This document shows positions 1-9,888 of a DNA stretch of 64,000 nt, one piece after another. Source of the DNA: Marispirochaeta sp. (GTDB lineage Bacteria > Spirochaetota > Spirochaetia > JC444 > Marispirochaetaceae); contig CAXXFF010000002.1 in assembly GCA_963676835.2 (NCBI GenBank), positions 1,440,001-1,504,000 on the forward strand, written 5' to 3'. Below the pieces are notes generated by a model. It saw nothing but the letters and a program-made list of their open reading frames with translations, ran no database searches and had not been told where the DNA came from. A program made the translations under genes and the position numbers. Each line of letters starts with the position of its first letter. The first letter of the stretch is position 1.

Positions 1-2
1 AC

Positions 3-509
3 CCATCATCCATGGGTGCATTTCGTGAACTGCGGGACGCAGCTGCGGAGATTGAAGGGGTTGAAATAATTTCCCGGATTATTCCGTATGAATCTGTTCC
101 GTCCGGTACTGTTGCGATGCTTCAGGAGCTCAGTCACTACGCCCGGGAACTTGAACCCCTGATAGATTTCTGGTGGGAGCCTACCGGTGCGTTGGGAGAA
201 CTTGAGGAATATCATGAGACTCTCATGGGAGTCAGCAGTAAGCCTGTGCTTTTTGCCAACACAGTAAAGAGCGTCGAAGGCGGAGCTGTTATGACTTTGA
301 TCCCGGCCCTGGGTTCTGCCGGTGCGGAAGCAGCCCATCTGGCTCATTCAATTCTCCAGGGAACACCCGCCGGCAGTATCCCCATACAGTCTCCCCGGGC
401 TGTAACAGCTGCATTCAACAGAGATACCATTATGAAGTACGGACTGATTATTTCTCCGGGATTGCTTTCCCTTGCAGAGGGGAATATCTACCCGAGGTTG
501 GATGAATAG
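3..509 (+). CDS. ABC-type substrate-binding protein, C-terminal part (5' truncated by window)
   Basis: Frame is open from the window start. The C-terminus 'ILQGTPAGSIPI...FNRDTIMKYGLII' resembles ABC_sub_bind proteins. It ends 2 bp before a sensor kinase. Confidence 0.6.
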   Translation, partial: PSSMGAFRELRDAAAEIEGVEIISRIIPYESVPSGTVAMLQELSHYARELEPLIDFWWEPTGALGELEEYHETLMGVSSKPVLFANTVKSVEGGAVMTLIPALGSAGAEAAHLAHSILQGTPAGSIPIQSPRAVTAAFNRDTIMKYGLIISPGLLSLAEGNIYPRLDE

Positions 510-511
510 CC

Positions 512-1954
512 GTGACACTCTATAAAAAAATAGTAATTACCGCGGTCTCCCTGCTGGTAATAACCATCGGAAGTGTTTCTGTTCTGTATGTGCGGACTAT
601 GCAGCAGCTCTGGTTTACTGCTGTTTCCCTGTATACCAGAACTTCTCTGCATGACTACATTGAGGGCTATCCGAAGCGCCTGGTACAGCTCCTTGAGGAT
701 TCCGGATTTTTAGGGATTGACTCTTTCGAAGAGTCTTACCGCAAAGAGGCGTATTCCGCTATTGGAGAAATTCATAACCTGCCGGACTTCATTGCGGGAG
801 AGTCGATGGAGTCCCTGAGAATCCTTATTTACGATAACCGGAGAACCGCTATAGTCGGCAGGAAAGCCATTTCTGAATTTCCCTGGATCGTCCCGTTTTT
901 TGAGCAGCCTGAACTTCCTTCTGAAGGGGAAGGTTCCAGGCAAGGCTGTTATTTTTCCTATGCATATTTTGATTACTGGGACTGGTATGTAATTGCCTGT
1001 ATTCCCAATACCTACCTGGTGGATACGGTCAGCCTGGTTGTACGGAATACGGTTATGATAGGTATTTTTATCTGGTTAATCCTGGCGGTAATTCTCAACC
1101 TGCTCCTGCAGAAGATTCTCCTCCAGCCTCTGGCAAAAGTCGAGAATAAAACCATGGAGCTTGTTTCCCGGGGGTATGAAATTGAGGTTCCCTCCGGGAT
1201 CAAGGGTGTTTTTGACCGGCTTTTATACGTGGTTGATGTTGCCGGGCAGCTGCTGGGAGAGCAGCGGCAGGAACTGTTTAATGAGATTGAACAGCGCAAA
1301 AAGGCGCAGCATGACCTTCAGGATCTGGTGGACGAAAAGGAGCGTCTTGTACGGGAGATCCACCACCGGGTAAAGAACAACCTGTCCATGATTTACTCAA
1401 CAATTGATCTGGAACAGAGAAGAATCAGCAGTGATGAACAGCGGGAAATTCTAAATGTTATTCAGCGCAGAGTCCGCACCATGGGTCTTATTCATGAACA
1501 GCTGTACCGCTCCAAGGGGATGGAAACCGTTGACTCCGCTGCCTATTTCAGCTCCCTTGTTGAGTATCTGCGTAATTCATTTTCTTTTAAAAACGGACAG
1601 CATATTCAGATTTCCGCAGAGGTCGAAGAGCACCAGATGAACTACACTGCAGCCAGAACCTGCGGGCTTATAATAAACGAGCTTATTACTAATGCGATCT
1701 CACATGCCTACCCGGAAAAATCGGAAGGGCATATTCAGGTTTCGTTTAGGAAAGAGAGTGGAGAGAGCTATTGTCTGAGGGTTTCTGATGACGGTACAGG
1801 GATCAAAGAGCCGGCAAATACCGGGGAAAAATCCTCCATGGGTGTTATATTAATAAACGGATTTGCCGCCCAGTTGAGCGGGGAGGTAGTCTATGAAAGG
1901 AAGAACGGCACTGTCTGTACGGTTCGTTTTCCATCCGGAGGGAGTGAAGCTTGA
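512..1954 (+). CDS. Membrane sensor histidine kinase (HisKA_2 type)
   Basis: Two TM segments, H-box EIHHRVKNNL, N-box NELITNAISHAY, G1 DDGTG. Confidence 0.9.
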   Translation: MTLYKKIVITAVSLLVITIGSVSVLYVRTMQQLWFTAVSLYTRTSLHDYIEGYPKRLVQLLEDSGFLGIDSFEESYRKEAYSAIGEIHNLPDFIAGESMESLRILIYDNRRTAIVGRKAISEFPWIVPFFEQPELPSEGEGSRQGCYFSYAYFDYWDWYVIACIPNTYLVDTVSLVVRNTVMIGIFIWLILAVILNLLLQKILLQPLAKVENKTMELVSRGYEIEVPSGIKGVFDRLLYVVDVAGQLLGEQRQELFNEIEQRKKAQHDLQDLVDEKERLVREIHHRVKNNLSMIYSTIDLEQRRISSDEQREILNVIQRRVRTMGLIHEQLYRSKGMETVDSAAYFSSLVEYLRNSFSFKNGQHIQISAEVEEHQMNYTAARTCGLIINELITNAISHAYPEKSEGHIQVSFRKESGESYCLRVSDDGTGIKEPANTGEKSSMGVILINGFAAQLSGEVVYERKNGTVCTVRFPSGGSEA

Positions 1955-2328
1955 CCGAACTATCCCCCAATGTACTTGTTGTTGAAGATGAGGCTCTGAT
2001 TCGAATTGCCACAGTAAAAATGCTGCAGGATGTTGGGGGAGTTGTTCTTCAGGCTGGGGATCCTGATAATGCCCTCAAAGTTGCACTCACAGAAAAGCCT
2101 GTGTGCATTGTTCTTGATATTAACCTGGGGGCAAAAAAGAACGGAATAGAACTGGCCCGGGAGATTAGGCAGCATTATTCCCCGCACATCTTTATCTCCA
2201 CCGCTTATGAAATTGAGGATTTCTGCTCAGCCGAAGAAGCCGGCAGTTTTTCCAAGATATTTTCCAAACCTCTTTCAAATCAGGACATCGAACATATTGT
2301 AAGCTGCTGCAGCAGGCCTTTAAGCTGA
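1951..2328 (+). CDS. Single-domain response regulator
   Basis: VLVVEDE, phospho-Asp in VLDINL, ISTA, SKP. Overlaps the kinase stop. Confidence 0.85.
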   Translation: MTELSPNVLVVEDEALIRIATVKMLQDVGGVVLQAGDPDNALKVALTEKPVCIVLDINLGAKKNGIELAREIRQHYSPHIFISTAYEIEDFCSAEEAGSFSKIFSKPLSNQDIEHIVSCCSRPLS

Positions 2329-2898
2329 ATCTTCAGGTATGTCTCCTGGAGAGTTAATATTGAGAAAAACCCTGGCGGGATCTACTATTTTTTCCATCTC
2401 ATTTTCGTTTATGTAATCTACTTTCATTGTCTGAATAAAGTCTCTCATTTTGCGCCCTCCCTTCCTGATGAACTCATAAAGAGAGGGCAGCAGATTTACT
2501 GAGTAAACTGCACAGAGGGGTTCCGGTCGCATACGGTACAGCGGGATCGCCGCATCGTATCCCTCCTGCCTGTTGAGCAGCAGCCGTGCAAGTTCCGGTG
2601 AAAAATTGGGCATATCGCAGGCGGTAACAAAGGCTGATTGGTGCTGTGCTGCGGAAAGTCCTGCATAAAGCCCGCCCAGGGGGCCGGCGTCTGGAATACT
2701 ATCCTCTATACAAACGGTTCCCTCTACAGCGTATTGCCGTCTGCGGGCAGAGACAATAATTACTTCCCGGAAACAGGGGAGCATCTTTCGGGCCATATGC
2801 TCTATAAGGGTACTGCTGCCAAAGGGAAGCAGGGCTTTGTCTCTGCCCATGCGGCTGCTTCTTCCTCCGGCAAGTAGTATTCCGGATGCATTGATCAT
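2320..2898 (-). CDS. mobA: Molybdenum cofactor guanylyltransferase
   Basis: LLAGGRSSRMGRDKA, GPLGG, TACDMP, PEPLCAVY, NINSP motifs. Start moved to ATG at 2898. Confidence 0.9.
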   Translation of the reverse strand: MINASGILLAGGRSSRMGRDKALLPFGSSTLIEHMARKMLPCFREVIIVSARRRQYAVEGTVCIEDSIPDAGPLGGLYAGLSAAQHQSAFVTACDMPNFSPELARLLLNRQEGYDAAIPLYRMRPEPLCAVYSVNLLPSLYEFIRKGGRKMRDFIQTMKVDYINENEMEKIVDPARVFLNINSPGDIPEDSA

Positions 2899-2904
2899 AC
2901 ATAT

Positions 2905-2951
2905 ATAGTAGCCGGAAACCACCTGACTCTGAAAGGAAAATCCGGCATAAT
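2905..2951. promoter_or_regulatory. Overlapping divergent sigma70-type promoters
   Basis: + strand CTGACT-17-CATAAT (2923-2951) lies 6 nt before ATG 2958. - strand -10 TACTAT (2910-2905) lies 6 nt before ATG 2898. Confidence 0.5.
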
Positions 2952-2957
2952 GGCTGT

Positions 2958-3611
2958 ATGAACAGTTTTGCAAAGATAGTATTTTTCGGCTCCCTCTGGG
3001 GGCTTACAGAAAGCAGTCTCGGCTTTCTTCTGCATATGCTTTCCAGGTTTCTCCCTATACCCGGCATTGCCGGTTTTATTATGTTTCCCATAGCTTCTGT
3101 TTTTATGCTGGCCGCTTACGGCAGTACCGGAAGACTTTCCGCCATACCCTCTGCCGCACTTGTTGCAGCCGGCACCAAACTGCTTAGTCTTCTGCATCCT
3201 GCAGTTACTCCGCTGTTTGTTGTAAATCCGGTTCTGGCAATTCTTGCGGAAGGAGCTGTGCTGTGGTTCGCAGCGGCGGCTTTCGGGACCGGTTTCGTAC
3301 AGTCCGGGAAGATGTCTGATGCCCTCTCCGGCGGTCTGATTGCCGCTGTCGGCTGGCGGCTTCTGTTTCTTCTGACTATATTTCTTCTGCCGGTACAGAA
3401 GGGGATTTTAAATAAAGGGCTTGATGCTTTGTTGATCTTTATTCTGCTTGAAGGGGCTGTCAGCGGACTGTTTCTGGGAACGGGACTCTGGTTAAGAAGC
3501 CGGATACAGCAATTTTCAGTTTTCAGCAGGTTTGAACTCAAGGTTCATCCAGGGCTCTCTCTGCTGCTTTTTGTTGGAACAGGTATGCTTCAGGCGGTTC
3601 TTGGTGCCTGA
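2958..3611 (+). CDS. Integral membrane protein, possibly ECF S-component-like
   Basis: About 6-7 hydrophobic segments and an N-terminal GSLWGLTESSLG motif. Function is inferred only. Confidence 0.6.
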   Translation: MNSFAKIVFFGSLWGLTESSLGFLLHMLSRFLPIPGIAGFIMFPIASVFMLAAYGSTGRLSAIPSAALVAAGTKLLSLLHPAVTPLFVVNPVLAILAEGAVLWFAAAAFGTGFVQSGKMSDALSGGLIAAVGWRLLFLLTIFLLPVQKGILNKGLDALLIFILLEGAVSGLFLGTGLWLRSRIQQFSVFSRFELKVHPGLSLLLFVGTGMLQAVLGA

Positions 3612-3685
3612 TTTATAAAAGTGTCTCTGTTGAAGATGGAACCCATATATCAAGTAAACTTCTCAGATTATATAACTGCAATTTT

Positions 3686-3904
3686 TTAGACTCGTTCTTT
3701 TATCCAGATGTTGAGGCCCAGGGAAGCAGCTATGCCAAGGGCTTTTCCCAGTTCCACTGTCTCTTTTCCATTTTCAAGGTCAGAAATAAAGCGGGTACCT
3801 GTTCCGCATAAAGACGCAGTCTCAATCTGGGTATATCCAAGCTCTTTTCTCCGTTTTTTCAGGAGGGCACCGAATTCTGATGCATTTTTGATTCTGTTCT
3901 CCAT
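3686..3904 (-). CDS. HTH (Xre/HipB-like, y4mF-type) transcriptional regulator
   Basis: RRKELGYTQ...GTGTRFISDLENGK...LGKAL is an HTH_3 signature. Confidence 0.85.
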   Translation of the reverse strand: MENRIKNASEFGALLKKRRKELGYTQIETASLCGTGTRFISDLENGKETVELGKALGIAASLGLNIWIKERV

Positions 3905-3919
3905 CTGTTTAGTCTAATC

Positions 3920-4010
3920 TTACCGTACGGGAAAATCAACTCAGATTAATTAAATATATTACTGTACGGTAATATGTTGAGTTAATAACTGAAATATTAC
4001 CGAACGGGAA
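3920..4010. promoter_or_regulatory. Three palindromic operators (consensus TTACCGWACGGKAA)
   Basis: TTACCGTACGGGAA 3920-3933, TTACTGTACGGTAA 3959-3972, TTACCGAACGGGAA 3997-4010, at a 38-39 bp period upstream of the HTH gene. Confidence 0.75.
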
Positions 4011-4097
4011 TGTATTGTGTTGGTGAAAATAATCTTCCCAAGGGGTATCCCAGATGATATGCTGTGGACTTTAAAGAAAGACAAGGAGTACTCCGCC

Positions 4098-5276
4098 ATG
4101 GAAGCTTTGACTGCACAGTTTAAGGAACGCTACGGCGATAATGATATTCGTAAGATTCGATCCCCCTTGAGGATCTGTCCCCTGGGCGCACACGTGGATC
4201 ATCAGGGAGGGCTGGTTACCGGTATGGCTCTGGATTCTGCGGTGAATCTGGTCTACAGCCCTTCGGATGACGGCTATATTCATATTCAGAGCATGGATTT
4301 TCCCGATGAAGAGTATTTTCATGTTGATCATGTTCCGGACAAGCTTCCCGGTTTCTGGGGCAACTATATCCGCGGAGCGGTGCTCTCGCTGAAGCGTAAT
4401 CATATAATCAAAAACGGATTTAAAGCATATGTCAGCGGCAAGCTGCCTATCGGGGGCTTAAGTTCCTCCGCCGCTGTAACCACCGCCTATCTTATGGCTA
4501 TGTGCGATGTTAACGGCATCGAGCTTTCCGGTCCGGAGCTGGTGCAGTACAGCCACTGGATTGAGACGGAGTTTATCGGTCTTAAAAACGGCATTCTCGA
4601 CCAGTCGGCCAATATTCTCAGTAAAGACAAAAATCTGCTGGTGGTGGACTGCCTTTCCGGTGATCATGAGCTTCATCCCCAGTCGGCGGATCTTCCGGAA
4701 TTTGAGGTGGCAGTAATCTATTCCGGAGTCAGCAAGGCTCTGATCGGTACAGATTACAATAACCGGGTGGATGAATGCCGGGTAGGCGGCTGGCTGCTGC
4801 AGGAACTCGGCGGACTTGCGGTTACGGGACTCTCTGATATTCAGCTGCGTAATATCCCTGAGGAAGCATTCAATGCGCATAAAAATGAGGTTCCCGGCCG
4901 TTTCCAGCGCCGTCTTACCCATTATTATACTGAGCAGGACCGGGTCCGCAGCGGGATTGAGGCCTGGAAAGCGGGAAATCTGAAGGAGTTCGGCAGGCTC
5001 ATGACCGAGTCCGGCGAAAGCTCGGTTCACCAGTACCAGTGCGGCTGTGATGAGCTGACCACCATCTTTAATATTCTTAAAGAGTGCGAAGGTGTCTACG
5101 GTGCCCGCTTCAGCGGCGCAGGCTACCGGGGAGCCTGCATCGCCATTATCGATCCTGCCTACAAAGATTCAATCAAACAGAAAGTGGACGAGGTTTATCC
5201 GGTCCGCCATCCCGAGTATAAGGATATCTACCGGGTAAACTTCTGCAAAACCACCGATGGAGCTTCCAAGGTATGA
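4098..5276 (+). CDS. GHMP sugar kinase, galacturonokinase-like
   Basis: [41 protein letters not shown] motifs. SD AAGGAG precedes ATG 4098. Confidence 0.85.
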   Translation: MEALTAQFKERYGDNDIRKIRSPLRICPLGAHVDHQGGLVTGMALDSAVNLVYSPSDDGYIHIQSMDFPDEEYFHVDHVPDKLPGFWGNYIRGAVLSLKRNHIIKNGFKAYVSGKLPIGGLSSSAAVTTAYLMAMCDVNGIELSGPELVQYSHWIETEFIGLKNGILDQSANILSKDKNLLVVDCLSGDHELHPQSADLPEFEVAVIYSGVSKALIGTDYNNRVDECRVGGWLLQELGGLAVTGLSDIQLRNIPEEAFNAHKNEVPGRFQRRLTHYYTEQDRVRSGIEAWKAGNLKEFGRLMTESGESSVHQYQCGCDELTTIFNILKECEGVYGARFSGAGYRGACIAIIDPAYKDSIKQKVDEVYPVRHPEYKDIYRVNFCKTTDGASKV

Positions 5277-6010
5277 AAGCACTCCTCCTTGCCGCAGGAT
5301 ACGCAACCAGGCTCTACCCTCTGACAAAGAACTTCCCCAAGCCGCTTCTGGAAGTTGCGGGCAAAACCATAATGGACCGCATTCTGGACAAGATTGAGGC
5401 GGTGGATGAAATTGACACCGTCTATGTTGTTACCAACCATGTTTTCCGGGATCACTTTTCCCGCTGGGCCGGTGAAACTGATTCCTCTAAGAAACTGGTG
5501 GTTGTGGATGACGGCACCTCCACCAACGAAACCCGGCTGGGTGCGGTTGGCGATATACGGCTGGTAATAGAACAGCAGCAGATTCAGGATGACCTGATGA
5601 TCCTTGCGGGAGACAACCTCTTTGATTTTGCCCTGCCCGATTTTGTTGATTTTTTCTACACCCTTGCAACGGACTGCATAAGCTGCCATGTCATAGACGA
5701 CGTGGAGCGTATTAAACGCACCGGAGTAGTGGAACTCGATGAAGAGAGCAGGGTAATGGGATTTCAGGAGAAGCCGGAAGAACCGAAATCCAACCTGGGG
5801 GTTCCTCCTTTTTATATCTACCGGGAAGATACCCTGCCATTAATAGGAGAGTTTCTCGATGCTGGCAACAACGGCGATGCTCCGGGTCACTTCGTCCCCT
5901 GGCTGCTGAAAAAAAGGCCCGTCTGCGCCTACCGCTTTGAAGGTACCCGCTACGATATTGGAACCCTTGCCAGCTACGAAGAGGTGAAGGCGGTTTTTGC
6001 GGGGCGGTAA
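5273..6010 (+). CDS. Sugar-1-phosphate nucleotidyltransferase
   Basis: [14 protein letters not shown]...PKPLL, AGDNLF, FQEKP, YDIG. ATGA overlap with the kinase. Confidence 0.9.
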   Translation: MKALLLAAGYATRLYPLTKNFPKPLLEVAGKTIMDRILDKIEAVDEIDTVYVVTNHVFRDHFSRWAGETDSSKKLVVVDDGTSTNETRLGAVGDIRLVIEQQQIQDDLMILAGDNLFDFALPDFVDFFYTLATDCISCHVIDDVERIKRTGVVELDEESRVMGFQEKPEEPKSNLGVPPFYIYREDTLPLIGEFLDAGNNGDAPGHFVPWLLKKRPVCAYRFEGTRYDIGTLASYEEVKAVFAGR

Positions 6011-6039
6011 TTTTTCGCTGAAAGCTGTATATTTCGTAT

Positions 6040-7167
6040 ATGCAGAGTAAGATAATTTTCCGTATTCCCTTTATGGGCTTCCTGCTTTTTATTCTGATGG
6101 TGCTCTTTTCCTGCGGAGGCTCCTCAGGAGCCGGGGATTCCACTATCCTTTTCAATGCCCGGCTTATGGAGTCCGATGACTTCTTCACCGGCGCCCACTG
6201 GAACGATCCCCATGTTCTGCATGACGGCAGTCAGTTTGTAATGTATGCTTCTTCTGATGAGCCCGGGGACGAGGAAGGATATGTAAAAATTTTCATGTTT
6301 ACTTCCCCGGACGGCAAAAACTGGACTATCAGCAACTCCGGGAATCCCGTTTTTGAGGCTGGCAGCTTAGGGCAGTGGGATGAACACTGTGTCGAGACCC
6401 CGGCGGTGGTCTATTACAACAGCGAGTATCATCTGTTCTATACCGGCTATGATGTGCCCTATAACTACACTGCAGATGACGGTAACGGTGCCGGCGACGG
6501 GGATACCGATTGGGATAATGATGTAGCGGCCAAGCATTTTCACATCGGCCATGCAACATCTTTAGACGGAATATCCTGGACACGGGATGGTGACAATCCC
6601 ATTGTCAGCCCCACAGATCCTTATGCAGCTCCCAATCTCGATTTTAATCAGTCTGTTGTGGGTGAACCTGCCCCGGTGGTATTTGACAACAAAATCTATC
6701 TCTACTTTACCGCAGTCGGAGCAGCTTCAGAGGTGGGAACAACCTGGCAGACCATAGGCCTTACAGTTTTCAATGGCACAGCCTGGGACTCTCCCCGGCG
6801 GGTACTTACCCCCGATTTAACGCTGTACCCGAGGACCAGCGGAGAGGAGTACGCCGGCTATTCAACCCCCAATGCTCTTGTAATAGACGGCTCAATTCAT
6901 CTTTTTTACGATGTGGTTATAAACGATCCCTGGACCCAGGTGAAGATACATCACGCAGTCTCTACCGACGGTGAGACTGGCTGGGTACAGGATTCTGCAC
7001 CCCTGCTGCAGCGGAGCGACTATTTCTGGACCGAATCGGAAATCCGCAGCCCTTCAGCAATTGTCTATCAGGATAATCTCTATCTCTATTTTGCCGGACA
7101 CTATTTTGACGGCCCTGTTTTTAATCTTGGAATAGGCCTGCGAATTTATAACGGAGTGCCTTTTTAG
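6040..7167 (+). CDS. Lipoprotein, five-bladed beta-propeller glycoside hydrolase-like
   Basis: Lipobox LFSC, WNDP motif, repeated P-x-V...Y-x-L-F/Y-Y...S-x-DG-x-x-W blades. Confidence 0.65.
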   Translation: MQSKIIFRIPFMGFLLFILMVLFSCGGSSGAGDSTILFNARLMESDDFFTGAHWNDPHVLHDGSQFVMYASSDEPGDEEGYVKIFMFTSPDGKNWTISNSGNPVFEAGSLGQWDEHCVETPAVVYYNSEYHLFYTGYDVPYNYTADDGNGAGDGDTDWDNDVAAKHFHIGHATSLDGISWTRDGDNPIVSPTDPYAAPNLDFNQSVVGEPAPVVFDNKIYLYFTAVGAASEVGTTWQTIGLTVFNGTAWDSPRRVLTPDLTLYPRTSGEEYAGYSTPNALVIDGSIHLFYDVVINDPWTQVKIHHAVSTDGETGWVQDSAPLLQRSDYFWTESEIRSPSAIVYQDNLYLYFAGHYFDGPVFNLGIGLRIYNGVPF

Positions 7168-7205
7168 AGTAAGACAGCTTAAGGTCTATTTTTATTCTAC
7201 AAACC

Positions 7206-7811
7206 TCAGGGCGTGTAACTCGCCGAAACAGCGGTCATCCTGGTGGTATCTCCAGAGAGCGTCAGGTCGACGGTGACTACTGATCCGTCCAGGCTTATGG
7301 TTCCGGAGGCTGTACTGGTGGAGCTTACAGGATGACCATCTTCATCATAGGTAACTTCAACATTAACAGTGTAATCTCCGTCAGCAATCGCTGCTCCGCT
7401 GCTGTCGGTAAGATCCCAGGATTCCGATGTATAGCTTCCTGAACTGCCTGGAAGAATCGACGCGGTAGTTATGCCGTCCAGTACAAGCTCTGATGATGAA
7501 GTTGTTGTGCCCGGTTCGCCTGCGGCTGTTTTCCATAATGTACACACATCATTAGCATATCTGTGCCCTAAAATAACATAGGTTTCATTTGCATAATCGG
7601 TTCGGCCGCCATACTGCTGTACCGTATCTATATAGTTTCCACTGTCGTCACTTACCCAGATATAAATTCCTCTGGACCGTTCGGAAGTGGGAAATGTGAA
7701 ATCGAGGCTGAGCCCGGACTGCTTATATACATAGTTATCAGACACCGCAGGACTTTCGCATGCTGTAAATAGACTGATTAGCAGAACCACACCAAGGAGG
7801 AAGAATTTCAT
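7206..7811 (-). CDS. DUF2271-like lipoprotein
   Basis: Lipobox FTAC. IWVSDDSGNYIDT, DGITTAS and WDLTDSSG...GDYTVNVE match the DUF2271 layout. Confidence 0.65.
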   Translation of the reverse strand: MKFFLLGVVLLISLFTACESPAVSDNYVYKQSGLSLDFTFPTSERSRGIYIWVSDDSGNYIDTVQQYGGRTDYANETYVILGHRYANDVCTLWKTAAGEPGTTTSSSELVLDGITTASILPGSSGSYTSESWDLTDSSGAAIADGDYTVNVEVTYDEDGHPVSSTSTASGTISLDGSVVTVDLTLSGDTTRMTAVSASYTP

Positions 7812-7941
7812 TTAAAACCTCACTGATTTTGATCGAATTTAATATAAACCGTAATAGACATTTAATCTTGATAAAATTACTATTATTTGGATTAAAAAAG
7901 GCGGTGTGTTATATTTGCACCTGCAAGATAAGGAGTAGACA

Positions 7942-8205
7942 TTGACAAGATCACGGCTGAACTACTGGGTAGATGTCTTACTGCTCATGGTTACCTTTAT
8001 TACTTTTGTTACGGGCATTATTAAATTTCCCGGCTTTCTCAGGCTTATCCGGGTTAGTCCCCGGGATGTTCCCATCGATCTGATAATGCTTATCCACGAC
8101 TGGTGCGGACTCTCTATCGGAATTCTTGTTCTTGTACACCTGATCCTTCACTGGAAGTGGATGATCAATATGACCCGCTCACTGTTTCGCCGGGAGGAAA
8201 AATGA
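7942..8205 (+). CDS. DUF4405-like small membrane protein (putative b-type cytochrome)
   Basis: Two TM helices with IHDWCG...VHLILHWKW His pattern. SD AAGGAG, TTG start. Confidence 0.75.
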   Translation: MTRSRLNYWVDVLLLMVTFITFVTGIIKFPGFLRLIRVSPRDVPIDLIMLIHDWCGLSIGILVLVHLILHWKWMINMTRSLFRREEK

Positions 8206-9293
8206 AGAAAATCGTATTTTTTACTGCAAGTCTGGTACTTTCCATGGTCTGTCTTTTTCCTGAAGGAGAGGCTGTGAGCTTTGATGAAATCGATGAGGCT
8301 GAAGAGGTAGAAGCACCTGCACCGCTCATCCGGGCAGGTGGGCTCAATTTTAACCTCTACACCGATTTTACCCTCTACGGAGGCTTGAACGAAACAATCA
8401 ACGCGGGAGAGAAAGAGTGGGAACCCTTTCTTGAGTTCGGCCAGAACCATTTTAATGTAATGGGTATGGTCAGTAATGATCAGTTCAGTGCGGTATTTGA
8501 TATTTCCACCGCCTCCCGCTTTCTGGAGTTTACCCTGGATAGGGAGAATACTGCCGTAACCCTTGGACGTATTTTCATTCCCTTCGGAAGTGCCGATTAT
8601 CATCATATCTATGGCGGCCATCCCGATGAGGGCAGCCTGTTTCTGCCTTTTTTCTGGACGGATTACGGAGTTAAAGTAAACCAGATTATTAACGATTCCC
8701 TGAATTTTGATTTCGGCATTACCAACGGATTCAGAACCTACGCCGGTGCGCCTGTTTTTACCTCTTCTCCGACGGATGAAAATAATCTGATGAAAGCCCT
8801 TAATCTGCGGGTCAATTTTTCTCCAGCCTTAAATACCACAGGCAGCTTCTCATTGATGTTCGACTCTTTTTCCGATGATGATGCCTACCTCTGGGAAGAT
8901 TCAATTTTAATGTACGGTGTTGATCTAAGTCAGCGTCTCGGGGCTCTTACCCTGAAAGGTGGCGCAGCCCTTGGAGAAGTGAGGATTCACAGTGAAGGCC
9001 TGGATGAGTCTCTTCTTCTGCCCCTTACCTATTATCGCATAGGCTGGTATGCCGAAGCTTCCTACCGCTTTGATGCCTTCACCCTGCGCCTGCGGACAGG
9101 TGGGGTAGATCCAGACTCCCGGCAGCTTGATCAGGATGATGCATTGAATTTTAATACCGGCATTATTGTGCCCTTCGGCCCGATGGAGTGGCAGACGGTT
9201 TATCTGATCAACTATCCTCTTGGGGGTGCGGTATCCGGGACCAGTACAGGTCTGTATCATCAGGTCTTAACCAAGTTTTTAATACGTCTTTGA
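8202..9293 (+). CDS. Outer-membrane beta-barrel/porin-like protein
   Basis: Signal peptide, TLGRIFIPFG porin-type motif, alternating aromatic strands. ATGA overlap at 8202. Confidence 0.65.
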   Translation: MKKIVFFTASLVLSMVCLFPEGEAVSFDEIDEAEEVEAPAPLIRAGGLNFNLYTDFTLYGGLNETINAGEKEWEPFLEFGQNHFNVMGMVSNDQFSAVFDISTASRFLEFTLDRENTAVTLGRIFIPFGSADYHHIYGGHPDEGSLFLPFFWTDYGVKVNQIINDSLNFDFGITNGFRTYAGAPVFTSSPTDENNLMKALNLRVNFSPALNTTGSFSLMFDSFSDDDAYLWEDSILMYGVDLSQRLGALTLKGGAALGEVRIHSEGLDESLLLPLTYYRIGWYAEASYRFDAFTLRLRTGGVDPDSRQLDQDDALNFNTGIIVPFGPMEWQTVYLINYPLGGAVSGTSTGLYHQVLTKFLIRL

Positions 9294-9327
9294 CCTGTAG
9301 TGTAGTAAGTCAAAATTAGGAGTTACC

Positions 9328-9864
9328 ATGAAAAAGAGTTATTTACTGCTGATTTTTGCTGTGATTCTTCTTGGTTCTGCAACGGCAAAAGATTTTATGA
9401 GTACCGGGACCGCCCTTAAAGAAGTTATGTCCGGTCAGGACAGTTTGTTCAAGGAGGAAATAGCTCTTACCCGGGACCAGGCCAACGATTTTAACCGCCG
9501 TTATGATTCAGATTACCGCAGAAATGAAAAATTTACTGTCTATTACACAAAAGACAGCAGCGGCAGCATAACTTCCTACGGTATTGTTCTTGAAGATATT
9601 CTCTGGAAGTATGTGGCCAGTCATGAATGGGCCCTGGGATATAATTCAGACGGAACGCTGCGGGGAGTCCGTATAATAAGCCTGACAGATGAATACTCAT
9701 TTCCCCTTGCAGACCCAAGGTTTCTGAATCAGTTTGATAACCTGAGCCCGGCCTCTATTGATATGCCCGGAAATGTGGATGCCGTTACCGGCGCGACCAT
9801 GAGCAGTGAGCTTCTTGTGGAAACAAGCAGAAAAGCCTGGGAGATAATTCAGCTGCTTGATTGA
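9328..9864 (+). CDS. Exported FMN-binding domain protein
   Basis: Signal peptide, FLNQF and the canonical flavinylation motif DAVTGAT(MSS). Confidence 0.8.
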   Translation: MKKSYLLLIFAVILLGSATAKDFMSTGTALKEVMSGQDSLFKEEIALTRDQANDFNRRYDSDYRRNEKFTVYYTKDSSGSITSYGIVLEDILWKYVASHEWALGYNSDGTLRGVRIISLTDEYSFPLADPRFLNQFDNLSPASIDMPGNVDAVTGATMSSELLVETSRKAWEIIQLLD

Positions 9865-9888
9865 AATTCAACATTGTTTGCAGCTTTT

